From Candidatus Aldehydirespirator sp. (lineage in GTDB: Bacteria > Actinomycetota > Acidimicrobiia > Acidimicrobiales > Aldehydirespiratoraceae), in assembly GCA_965220645.1 (NCBI GenBank), contig OZ244836.1, forward strand, positions 660,075 to 724,074: 64,000 nt of DNA. Direction: 5' to 3'. The position numbers were made by a program, and so were the translations under genes. Below the pieces are notes generated by a model that worked only from the letters and a program-made list of their open reading frames with translations, was not told where the DNA came from and searched no databases. Shown here piece after piece: positions 39,562 to 48,897 of the stretch (position 1 is its first letter; every line of letters begins with the position of its first letter).

Positions 39562-41265
39562 ATGGCTCGACCACGGCCTCGGCTCGACGAGATACCCCGC
39601 CGGATGACAGTAGACGAGTTCTGGGATCTCTTCGGCACCGTCGAGCACGAAGGACTCGACTTCAAAGGCGGGCCGAACGAAAGCCTGGACAGGGCAATAC
39701 CAGCCATGGCCATGACCGACGGGGGTCTACTCGTCCTCGGAGTGGACGACCAGCGCCGGATGGTCGGCTGCCCGCTCACTCAGCGCATCCAAGACCGGAT
39801 CACGGACTACGCGAAGGAGTGCCACGTCACCGTGGGGCTTCGCGGCGTGAGGGCGGGCGACCACCGGTTGACCATTGTCGAGGTGCCGGAAGTGCGCGGC
39901 CGCATCGTCACCACCACAGACGGTCGCCTGCTGCGACGGGTGGGCGGAGACTCCCAGTCGCTTCGAGGCGACGCGATGGCACGGTTCGTCCAAGACCGCG
40001 GGAGGGTCTCCGCCGAAGAGGAGCCGCTGGGTCGTGCGTTCGACCCGACTGACTTCGACCTAGACCACGTCAACTCGGCTCTGGAGAGCCAAGGACGGCC
40101 CTCCGTCGACCTCGCCGGTCTGGGTCGGGCGCTGACGGATCTGCATGTAGCGGAGTGCGTGGCAGACCCCGGCGAGGAGACCAGCCTCGTCGTGTTCAAG
40201 GCCGCCGCCGTGCTGTTCGCGCACGACCCTCGTATCTTCGTTCCCGGCGCCGAGGTTCAACTCGTTCGGAGGGACGGCGTCGGTCCGGGTCCGGGTCCGG
40301 CTAGCGACCGGCAGCACTGCAGCGGGCCGTTGGCAGAGACTGTCGATTGCTGCCTCGCCTTCATCGAGCGCCACACCAGGAACTTCGAGGTGTTGTCGAA
40401 GACATACCGGGAGGTGATGCCCGAATACCCGCACTTCGTCGTGCGCGAGGCCCTGCTCAACGGTCTAGCGCACCGAGACTACGGCCTGTCGGGCGCCACC
40501 GTCGACATCACTGTGTGGGACGACCGCATCGAGTTCCACAGTCCGGGACCGTTGCCCGGACACATCACCCCCGACAACATGCGGTTCGAGCACTTCAGCC
40601 GCAACCGCAGGATCATGCGGGTGCTCAAGGACATCGGCCTGGTCGAAGAGTTCGGCGAGGGCGTCGACCGCATGTACAGGGCGATGGAGGAACGCCTGAT
40701 GCAGCCGCCGACGTTCACCGCCGCCGAGGCTTCGCTGACCGTCACACTCCACAACCGGTTCCTCGTGAGCGTGGAGGACCAAGCCTGGCTGCAGTTGTTG
40801 GGCGCGGGGCCCGACTCGGCGGAGGAGCGGACAGCCCTGGTGGAGACACGGCGGAAGGGCCAACTGCCGAGACGGCATTTCGCTGGCGTGGTGCCGGGTG
40901 TGGACGTGGACCGGCTTCTATCAACTCTGGTGGCGAAGGGACTGTTGGCTCGCGTGGGCAGGGCCGGCGGGACTCGGTACGAACTGTCCCCAGAACTCGT
41001 GGCGAGAGCTGGGGGGTCGAGCATCGAGGTCCAACGGCGGCGTCGCCAGACGCTGCTGGACGAGATGGCCCGCAGGGGCAATCTCTCCCTGGCGGAGGCT
41101 GTCGACGTGCTGGGGGGAGACAGAGGAGCGGCCCGAGCGCTGATGGGCTCATTGGTTGCGGCCGGACTCGTCGTCGCGGAGGGCAACACCCGCGCCCGCC
41201 GCTACCGGCTCACCGACAGGGCAGGAGCCGCTCCGCCGAACGAGGACGGCCCCGCCCGGCCCTAG
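39562..41265 (+). CDS. Schlafen/AlbA_2 + HATPase_c_4 + wHTH protein
   Basis: EHEGLDFK, AMAMTDGGLLVLGVDD, YP..VVREALLNGLAHRDY, SPGPLPG, GLVEEFGEGV. Confidence 0.88.
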   Translation: MARPRPRLDEIPRRMTVDEFWDLFGTVEHEGLDFKGGPNESLDRAIPAMAMTDGGLLVLGVDDQRRMVGCPLTQRIQDRITDYAKECHVTVGLRGVRAGDHRLTIVEVPEVRGRIVTTTDGRLLRRVGGDSQSLRGDAMARFVQDRGRVSAEEEPLGRAFDPTDFDLDHVNSALESQGRPSVDLAGLGRALTDLHVAECVADPGEETSLVVFKAAAVLFAHDPRIFVPGAEVQLVRRDGVGPGPGPASDRQHCSGPLAETVDCCLAFIERHTRNFEVLSKTYREVMPEYPHFVVREALLNGLAHRDYGLSGATVDITVWDDRIEFHSPGPLPGHITPDNMRFEHFSRNRRIMRVLKDIGLVEEFGEGVDRMYRAMEERLMQPPTFTAAEASLTVTLHNRFLVSVEDQAWLQLLGAGPDSAEERTALVETRRKGQLPRRHFAGVVPGVDVDRLLSTLVAKGLLARVGRAGGTRYELSPELVARAGGSSIEVQRRRRQTLLDEMARRGNLSLAEAVDVLGGDRGAARALMGSLVAAGLVVAEGNTRARRYRLTDRAGAAPPNEDGPARP

Positions 41266-41313
41266 CCCACCGTCGCTAGGAAGCAGGCTGGGCCCCGCAG
41301 GTAGCAACGGCCT

Positions 41314-41567
41314 GGTGAGTGGCGGGAGGGAACCTCCCCCTCCCTTAGAACCGTACGTGAAGGTCTCCCGTCATACGGCTTCCACAGTCCGGCGTTGGGT
41401 TGAAGCAACGAGGTGCCAGTGAGCGAAGAGTTGTGGCTCGCGCTGACGGGCAGCGTCGAGCCATCTCCACGCCTTGGTGGGTTGGCCTCGCAATCGTCTG
41501 AACTTCTGCATCGCCCATCGGACGAGATGTTCGTCGATGCGCGTCGCGATGGAATACAACTCGGGGC
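41314..41567 (-). mobile_element. 3' remnant of a group II intron (maturase tail plus domains V/VI), truncated by IS256-2
   Basis: DV GAAGCCGTATGACGGGAGACCTTCACGTACGGTTCT (41347-41382); RT tail HLVRWAMQKFRRL...QLFAHW. Confidence 0.85.
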
Positions 41568-41592
41568 GGCAGCGTCCCATCTCTCCTATGTG

Positions 41593-42639
41593 TCAAGCAG
41601 CTAGGAGTTGGGGGTCCTGGAGGTGGGCGGCGTCGGCGTTGAGGGCTCGGTAGACGACGTCGGAGAGTCGGCGTTTGAGGACTCTCATGGCTTCTTTGGT
41701 GGTGTTGCCGCCGGTGGTTCGCCGGTCCAGCAAGCGGCGTGCTGGGGGGTGGTTGCTGGCCTGGGTGAGCGCGATGCGGTGTATGGCGGCGTTGAGTTGG
41801 CGGTTGCCGGCTCGGCTGAGTCGGTGCCGGTGGGTGTTGGCAGACCAGACCGGCAGCGGGGCGGTGCCGTTGTGGCGGGCGTATGCGTGCCGGGAGCGGA
41901 ACCGGCCGATGCCGGCGGTCTCGCCGATGATCTTGGCTGCTGTGAGCGGGCCCACGCCGTGCACTGAGCGCAGGTTCGGCGCGGCGTGGGCGGTTCGGGC
42001 GTCGAGTTCGTCGCCGAGGCTGGCGATGATGGCGTTGAGGCTGCGGATTCGCTCGATGATCTCTGCGGCGATGCGCGCCACGACTGTGTCGAGGCCCTGG
42101 ACGCGCTTGTGGGCGGCGTCGAGGTGCTTGCGGGTCGTCAACGCGCCCGCTGGAGGGTCGAATGCGGGGTCGATGTCATGGAGGTGCCAGCGCAGCCGGT
42201 TTATGCAGCGTGTGCGCTCGGCCACGAGGTCATCTCGGTGATCGACCAGCAGCCGGATCTCCCGGGAAGCAGCGTCGAGGTGCGCGGCGGGAAGATCGGG
42301 CTCGCGCTGCGCGGCGCGGGCCACCGCGAGCGCGTCTATGGGGTCTGACTTGCCATAGGTGCGGGCCGCGTCGCGGGCGTGGGCCATCAGCTTGGGCGGG
42401 ACCCGCACGATGCGCTCGCCTGCTGCGAGCATGTCGGCCTCGAGGCGGCGCGACAGCTGCCGGCAGTCCTCGACTGCCCAGGTGCGCTCCGCTCCGAACC
42501 CCTGTGCCCAGCCGATCAGCGCCCGATGATCGGCGGTGGTGGTGCCACCGGTGGTGCGGCAGCCGAGCTGGCGGCCCAGCTCGTCGACCGCGACAACAGT
42601 GTGGGTGCGCTTGTGCGCGTCGATTCCCAATGTGATCAT
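41593..42639 (-). CDS. IS110 recombinase, type 2b
   Basis: Differs from copy a by only a few residues. Confidence 0.95.
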   Translation of the reverse strand: MITLGIDAHKRTHTVVAVDELGRQLGCRTTGGTTTADHRALIGWAQGFGAERTWAVEDCRQLSRRLEADMLAAGERIVRVPPKLMAHARDAARTYGKSDPIDALAVARAAQREPDLPAAHLDAASREIRLLVDHRDDLVAERTRCINRLRWHLHDIDPAFDPPAGALTTRKHLDAAHKRVQGLDTVVARIAAEIIERIRSLNAIIASLGDELDARTAHAAPNLRSVHGVGPLTAAKIIGETAGIGRFRSRHAYARHNGTAPLPVWSANTHRHRLSRAGNRQLNAAIHRIALTQASNHPPARRLLDRRTTGGNTTKEAMRVLKRRLSDVVYRALNADAAHLQDPQLLAA

Positions 42640-42661
42640 GATGTCGTTGCCTTTCGTAGGT

Positions 42662-42817
42662 GAACGGTGCAAGGACCGGTCGGCGGGCACAGCTCAGTGG
42701 GGGCGATGCCACGCTCCTATCAAGCCACACCGGCCGGTCCGCATCGTGTCGCCGGCCGCAAGACGGGACCTGGCCATGACGGCATCGAGTGGTAGAGCGA
42801 GCCGGCAACACCCGCCA
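42662..42817 (-). ncRNA. Putative bridge RNA of IS110-2b
   Basis: Same as copy a except in the left target guide and one base next to the right donor guide. Confidence 0.75.
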
Positions 42818-42934
42818 ATCATGCACTGAACCGAGTGGTGGAAATTGAGGTAGGCGTGGGGGTCCACCTGTAGGGGGCCATCGGCGTGATCCTCGGTGAG
42901 AAGTAGTCACCGACTCATCGAGGAGGACACACCG

Positions 42935-43715
42935 ATGACCCTGTCTGATACTGCCACAGCGCAGCTGTGGGAGACCTTCCGCGCCGGAGGTGGCGCGGAG
43001 TTGATCCGCGACGCGGTGGAGCTGGTGCTCCAAGAGCTGATCGAGGCCGAGGCGGCCGAGGCGATCGGCGCGGGCCGCTATGAGCGCAGCGAGCACCGCC
43101 GCACCGAGCGCAACGGGCACCGCGGCCGCTTGTTGGCCACCCAGGCGGGGGATGTGGAGCTGAAGATCCCCAAGCTGAGAAAGGGCAGCTTCTTTCCGTC
43201 GATGCTCGAGCCTCGCCGGCGCATCGACAAGGCGCTGTACGCGGTGATCATGGAGGCCTATGTGGCTGGGGTGTCAACGCGCTCAGTCGATGACCTGGTG
43301 GCCGCTTTGGGCGCGGAGTCCGGCATCTCGAAGTCGGAGGTGTCGCGTATTTGCGCCGGGCTCGACGAGACGGTGGAGGCGTTCCGTTCCCGCCGCCTGG
43401 ACCACATCGAGTTCCCCTACGTCTATCTGGACGCGACCTACCTCAATGTGCGCAACAGCGTCGCCCAGCCGGCGTCGATGGCCACCGTCGTGGCCACCGG
43501 GATCACCGCTGACGGCAACCGGGAGGTGCTGGGCTGCGACGTCGGCGACAGCGAGAGCGAGGGGTTCTGGCAGCAGTTCCTGTCCTCGTTGCGCGACAGG
43601 GGCCTCACCGGCGTGCGGCTGGTCATCTCCGACGCGCACCGCGGGCTCGGCGCAGCCGCCGACCGCTGGTTCCAAGGAGCCGCCCGACAGCGCTGTCGGG
43701 TGCATTTCATCCGCA
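42935..43715 (+). pseudogene. IS256-2 transposase N-terminal part
   Basis: IPKLRKGSFFPS, YLDATY, QRCRVHFIR. Confidence 0.92.
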
Positions 43716-43738
43716 TTAACCGGCCTTGGGGGTCGGGG

Positions 43739-45700
43739 TCAACTGATGGTTCGGTGGCGGGTGGTTGTGAGGTGCTGTTCGAGGTGTTCGATGACTCGGT
43801 CGTGGCGGGCGACCTCGTCGGTCCAGCCGCGTTGGTGGGCGTCGTCGCGAAGGGTGCGGATGTCGTCGAGTTGTTCGGCGATGACGGGTTCTCGGGCGGG
43901 GTCGGGGACGAAGTTGTCGCATTGTTCGCAGATGTTCGAGTAGGTGCAGGCGCCAGCGAGTGGGTCGCGTGAACAGAAGCCGTGTGCGACGCGGGTCTTG
44001 ATCATTTCGGTGTGGAGCCAGTCGACTTTGGCGGGGATTGCGGTGGTTCGGCCGGCTGGGACGACGAAGATGGGGCGCCGGGCGCGGACCTTGTCCATCG
44101 CGGTGTCATAGGCGGCTCGCACGGTGGGCGAGGCGAGCTGCGCGTAGCGCAACGTCATTTCGGGGGTGACGTGGCCGAGCAGCGCCATCAGCGCGGGCAG
44201 TGACATGCCGGCGTTGACGAGTTCGGTGCCGAAGGTGTGGCGGAGCTGGTGGGGCACGACTCGCAGTGGTTGCTTGCCGGGGCCGGTGAGCCCGGCGATG
44301 TTGACGGCGTCGTGGAGTCCGCGTCTGATCCGATGCGCTCCGGGGCGACGCCCGCGTTCGGTGAACACGAAGTCGCAGAGGCGTCCGTCGCGTGGATGCG
44401 GAAGGGGTCGTTGCCGGTCGCGGTTCTTGATCCAGGCGTCGAGCGCGGCGAGTGGTCCGGGGTCCAGCGGCACCATTCGTTCGGTGCCGAGCTTGCCGAT
44501 TGGGACTTTGAGCCAGGTGCCGTGGGTGCCGAAGGTGACGAGGCAGTCGAGTTCGAGATCCAACAGTTCACCGATGCGCATCCCGGTGGCTCGCAGCAAG
44601 ATGATCCCGGTTCTGGCGAAGTCGTCATCGAGGTGTTCGACGGCGGCCATCAGATCGCGGTCGACGTCGCGTGGGAGCGCGCGTGGGAGGGGTTCGGGCA
44701 GGCGGGGCAGATCGGCGAGGAAGAACAGCCGGCGGTTGGGTTGGCTGGCCCATCCCCATTCGGTGATGTCCTCAAAGAAGACGCGCAGGTCGACCACATC
44801 GTGGTGGAACTGGGTTGGCGACACGGTCCGCCCGCGACCGTTGTTGCCGCGACATGGCCGGGTTCGGGCCCAGGCGATGAACGGTTCGATGTGGACGTTG
44901 CGGTCGAGTTGATCGAGCCGTTCGATGTCGGGGTGGTGGTCGGCGAGCCAGTCGCACAGGACCCGGATCGACTTGACCCGCATCTGCACCGTTGACGGTC
45001 GCAGCACCGTGGAGATCGTCTCGGCATAGCGGACCACCTCGCGGGCGATCGCGGGTTGCGGGATCGTGGCTGCGTGTTGCGCAGCGTTCCGTGCCGGTGG
45101 TTGGCCGAGGCGGGGTGCGACGTGGCAGATGCCGAGCTGAAAGCAGACGTGATGCAGCGAGAACAGGCGCGTCTTCAACCGGGTCCGCGCAGATGCCGTC
45201 ACGGCGGGACTGTCATCAAGCTCGGCAACGATCGCGTCGAAGTCGGCGTCGTCGAGATCGTCGATGGCCTTGTTGGCCCACACACAGATCATCGACGCTG
45301 CCAGGATCACAACCTGGCGGGTCCAGTTCTTGCTCCATCCGAGCCCCAACGCCATCTGTTCGGCTCGGGCGACGTCGTCGGGGTGAGCGGCGGCCCACAC
45401 CGACGGCAGATCGCAGCCGGCCGGTTTGGTGAGCAGCAGCTCGAGATCGGGTCGCCGTCGGCCCGACACGAACAGCCACGTCGCGAACGGCCATGCCTTC
45501 ACCCGGCGCAGATCCGCCAACCGGGCAACCGTCGGGCGTTGCATCCACACGCCCAGGTCCCGATGCACGCTCATGAACCGGCGAGCCCGATACACACGAT
45601 CCCGCCGAGCACCAAGCGTGATCGACAACGCCGCGACGTGGGCTTCGTAGTCGGCCAACACATCGACGGCCGTTTCCCCAGAGGCGACCGCAGCGATCAT
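43739..45700 (-). CDS. Large tyrosine recombinase, element C2
   Basis: Same translation as C1. Confidence 0.9.
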   Translation of the reverse strand: MIAAVASGETAVDVLADYEAHVAALSITLGARRDRVYRARRFMSVHRDLGVWMQRPTVARLADLRRVKAWPFATWLFVSGRRRPDLELLLTKPAGCDLPSVWAAAHPDDVARAEQMALGLGWSKNWTRQVVILAASMICVWANKAIDDLDDADFDAIVAELDDSPAVTASARTRLKTRLFSLHHVCFQLGICHVAPRLGQPPARNAAQHAATIPQPAIAREVVRYAETISTVLRPSTVQMRVKSIRVLCDWLADHHPDIERLDQLDRNVHIEPFIAWARTRPCRGNNGRGRTVSPTQFHHDVVDLRVFFEDITEWGWASQPNRRLFFLADLPRLPEPLPRALPRDVDRDLMAAVEHLDDDFARTGIILLRATGMRIGELLDLELDCLVTFGTHGTWLKVPIGKLGTERMVPLDPGPLAALDAWIKNRDRQRPLPHPRDGRLCDFVFTERGRRPGAHRIRRGLHDAVNIAGLTGPGKQPLRVVPHQLRHTFGTELVNAGMSLPALMALLGHVTPEMTLRYAQLASPTVRAAYDTAMDKVRARRPIFVVPAGRTTAIPAKVDWLHTEMIKTRVAHGFCSRDPLAGACTYSNICEQCDNFVPDPAREPVIAEQLDDIRTLRDDAHQRGWTDEVARHDRVIEHLEQHLTTTRHRTIS

Positions 45701-46746
45701 CGCTGCACCGCCCGAACCCGCGACCACTCCGCAGCGATCGTCTCCGCGTTCGGGTGCACATACGCGGCGGTCGTTTCGGCGTGCGCGTGCCCCATCAGGT
45801 CCCGCAGCACCAACAGATCCATCCCCGCCGCGGCGAGCTCGGTCCCGAACGTGTGCCGCAGCCGATGCGGTCGCACCCGCTGGGCACCGGAACGAGCCCG
45901 ATGCGTCCGGAACACCCGCCGCAACCCGGCCTCGCTCATCGCCTGCCCGGTCGTCGGACCGCGCAACACCACGAAACACTCCGGTGTAGTCAGCCCAGCC
46001 GGTCGCTCCACACGCAGATATGAACCCAACTCGGTGAAGAACGCCCGATCCACAGGCACCGTTCGCTGCTTGCCGCCCTTGCCGGTGACAGTCACCTGTC
46101 GCATCCCGACATCGATGTCGGCCAAACGCAGCGACCGCACCTCCGACGCGCGCAGGCCGCCGAGCAACATCAACAACACCACCGCCCGGTCACGATGACG
46201 GTCCAGATCGGCCAAGAACACCGCGACCTCGCCGGCCGGCAAACTCTCAGGCAACGGACGTGCCTGACGCACCAGCCGACCATCGGAACCCGAACGACGG
46301 CCACCAACATGGCCGAGCATCCCGCGGCGAACCTGGCGCAGCCCGCCCGAGCGTCGAGGCGACGGCACCGGATTCACCTCGACCTCGCCGCTCATCACCA
46401 AGTAGTCGAACAAGCCACGCACCGCCGCCACGCGACGGTTCATCGTCGACGCCGCCGCGCCACGACGCTCCTGCAATCGGACCACCCGACGGCCAGCCGT
46501 CGGCACCGCAGCGGACTGCCACGCCAGCCAATCGAACAGGTCCATCGCCACCACATCAGCCACCGCAATCGACCGATCCTCAAGGAAACGGGCCAAGTTC
46601 AACGCATCGAACGCATACGCCCGAACCGTTCGCGGTGAGAACTCACGGACCTCCAGATGCGCCAGCCACCGATTCGCCAGACCGACCACATCGCCACCAC
46701 CGACCAGACGGTGACCGCCATCGACGACCGCTACCCGCAACCCCAT
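45697..46746 (-). CDS. Small tyrosine recombinase, element C2
   Basis: Same translation as C1. Confidence 0.9.
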   Translation of the reverse strand: MGLRVAVVDGGHRLVGGGDVVGLANRWLAHLEVREFSPRTVRAYAFDALNLARFLEDRSIAVADVVAMDLFDWLAWQSAAVPTAGRRVVRLQERRGAAASTMNRRVAAVRGLFDYLVMSGEVEVNPVPSPRRSGGLRQVRRGMLGHVGGRRSGSDGRLVRQARPLPESLPAGEVAVFLADLDRHRDRAVVLLMLLGGLRASEVRSLRLADIDVGMRQVTVTGKGGKQRTVPVDRAFFTELGSYLRVERPAGLTTPECFVVLRGPTTGQAMSEAGLRRVFRTHRARSGAQRVRPHRLRHTFGTELAAAGMDLLVLRDLMGHAHAETTAAYVHPNAETIAAEWSRVRAVQR

Positions 46747-46846
46747 CCGGGCCTCCTCGACCGAAGTCTCCACCCCCGACCAGCACCACGCGCGGACCCT
46801 CACGCCACCAGCCGAAGCCCGACCACCCAAGGCCGGTTAACGGAGA

Positions 46847-47296
46847 ACCTGCTGGCGGTGGTGCCCCGCAGCCACCAGCACATGGCCGCCGCGGTGTTCA
46901 GAACCATCTTCGCCCAGCCCGACGCCGCCGCGGTGACCGAAGCCTGGGACCAGGTCGCAGACCAGCTCGCCGCCAGTTTCGCGAAGATCGGCCCCCTCAT
47001 GGCCGGCGCCAAAGCCGAGGTCCTCGCGTTCGCCGCGTTCCCCCGAACGCACTGGCAGAAGATCTGGTCCACCAACCCCCTCGAACGCATCAACAAAGAG
47101 ATCAAACGCAGATCACGCGTCGTGGGCATCTTCCCCAACGAGGCCTCAGCCATACGCCTCGTCGGCGCCATCTTGGCCGACCTCCACGACGAATGGGCAG
47201 GCCACCGACCGCCGCTACCTCTCAGAGGACTCCATGAGCCTGCTCTACCCCCAGCGCGATAACCTCACCACAGCCGAGCTCACAGCCGGCAACTAA
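46847..47296 (+). pseudogene. IS256-2 transposase C-terminal part (with +1 frameshift near 47195)
   Basis: IWSTNPLERINKEIKRR; GAATGGGCAG versus GAATGGCAG in copy 1. Confidence 0.88.
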
Positions 47297-47297
47297 C

Positions 47298-48354
47298 TGT
47301 TCTGGACATAGAGGTTGGTAGCTCCGCGATGGGGTGAGCCTCCGGTGGCAGTGTGGGAGTTGTGACAACCGCACGAATACAACCGGAGGCTCTATGTCGC
47401 ACGCTAACGCACGTTTCACCCCTGCTGGGCGCCTGTTGATCGTCCAGCGGATCGAGGCGGGCATGCCCCAGGCCCATGTGGCCCGCCAGATGGGCCTGTC
47501 TCGCGGCACGGTCGCGAAGTGGTGGCACCGCTGGCTCGCCGAGGGCGAGGCCGGTCTGGTGGACCGGTCCTCGAGGCCCTGGCGCTGTCCGCGGCGCACC
47601 GACGCCAGGCTCGAGGAGCGGGTGTGCCGGCTGCGGCGCAGCACCCGGCGCGGTCCGGTGTATCTGGGGGCGCGCACCGGGCTGCCGGCGTCGACGGTGT
47701 GGCGGATCCTCAAGCGCAACGGGCTGAACCGCCTGTCATGGATCGACCGGCCCACCGGGCGCGTGATCCGCCGCTACGAGCGCTCCGCTGCTGGCGAGCT
47801 GGTGCACCTCGACATCAAGAAGGTCGGCAAGATCCCACCTGGGGGCGGCTGGCGCGTCCATGGACGCGGCTCAGACCGCGCCAAGCGAGCCAATCGCTCC
47901 AAGCGGCGCCCGGTGGGCTACACCTTCTTGCACGTCGCCATCGACGACTACTCCCGAGTCGCCTACGTCGAGGCCCATGACAACGAGACCGCCGCCACCC
48001 TCGTCGGGTTCTGGCGGCGCGCCCAGGGGTGGTTCTGGTCCAACGACATGGCCGTCGACGAGGTCCTCACCGACAACGGCCCCAACTTCGTCTCCGACGC
48101 GTTCGCCGAGCTGCTGGCTGAGCGGCGCATCCTGCACCGCCGGACCCGCCCGTACCGGCCCCAAACCAACGGCAAAGCCGAGCGCTTCAACCGCACCCTC
48201 GCCGACGAGTTCCTCTACAACTACAAGTTCAGATCCGAGAACGAACGCCGCATCCGCCTCAAACGCTGGATCCACGACTACAACTGTCACCGACACCACA
48301 CCGCCGTCGGCGGCCCGCCCGCATCACGAGCACACAACCTCACGCGAACTGACA
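47298..48354 (+). mobile_element. IS481-family element
   Basis: TGT...ACA ends with a GAGGTTG subterminal match; flanks ACTAAC / CCTAGG. Confidence 0.8.
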
Positions 48355-48359
48355 CCTAG
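47394..48359 (+). CDS. IS481 transposase
   Basis: MSHANARFT, GELVHLDIKK, IDDYSR, LTDNG, PQTNGKAERFNRT. Confidence 0.95.
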   Translation: MSHANARFTPAGRLLIVQRIEAGMPQAHVARQMGLSRGTVAKWWHRWLAEGEAGLVDRSSRPWRCPRRTDARLEERVCRLRRSTRRGPVYLGARTGLPASTVWRILKRNGLNRLSWIDRPTGRVIRRYERSAAGELVHLDIKKVGKIPPGGGWRVHGRGSDRAKRANRSKRRPVGYTFLHVAIDDYSRVAYVEAHDNETAATLVGFWRRAQGWFWSNDMAVDEVLTDNGPNFVSDAFAELLAERRILHRRTRPYRPQTNGKAERFNRTLADEFLYNYKFRSENERRIRLKRWIHDYNCHRHHTAVGGPPASRAHNLTRTDT

Positions 48360-48897
48360 GCGGCCCGACACGCGACAGACGCCGACGGCCTCGTATGGAC
48401 CTTCGGCGACATCCTCACCCAACACGACGACTGAGCCTCCCGAGCCGAGCAGTCGATCAACCGTGGAGAATCGCACAGTCCTCCCAAGTTGACTCCCTCT
48501 GGACCCCTCAAGGATCCCAGGATCAGGGTGTCAACGAAACCGGGTCAGCTCCACTCTTCACTTCACTCAGGCCGTTGTGGCGGCCATGCATCAGGCGGAA
48601 CAGCGCGGCGATCCGCTCCGCATGCAGCCAATGTCAGAGCTTCTCGTCGAGCCGGTCCTGCCAGCCGTGGAGGGCCGCAAGCACAAGGGTCGAATGCTGT
48701 TGTCCGCCGTCCTCGACGCCATGGAGGCTGATGGTCTTGCCGAGCGGCCCATTCAGCACAATCAGTGCTGGCGACTTACCTCAGCTGGTCGCCAGCGCGT
48801 CCTGGAGGTCTAGCCGCGCCTTCCCTAAGCTGCATACTCTGCACCCGGATGGTCTACTAGGTGCTGATATGCAGACGAGATCCCGTCACGGCAGGTC

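Larger units (their letters stand above)
41579..42832 (-). mobile_element. IS110 type 2, copy b, inside the left IR of IS256-2
   Basis: Inverted near-identical copy of 28645-29898. Confidence 0.9.
43716..46846 (-). mobile_element. Element C copy 2 (core 43716-46840 plus hexamer 46841-46846), opposite orientation in its host
   Basis: 3125-bp core as in C1; removal restores VHFIRNLLAVV. Confidence 0.92.
41568..47297 (+). mobile_element. IS256-family element 2, interrupted by IS110-2b and element C2, right end replaced by IS481
   Basis: Left IR GGCAGCGTCCCA|..|CGAGTGGTGGAAATTGAG split by IS110; paralogous transposase. Confidence 0.85.

Noticed and set aside
25028-46846. Repeated elements as assembly artefacts or segmental duplication
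   Set aside because: Each copy has distinct flanks that reconstruct different intact host genes
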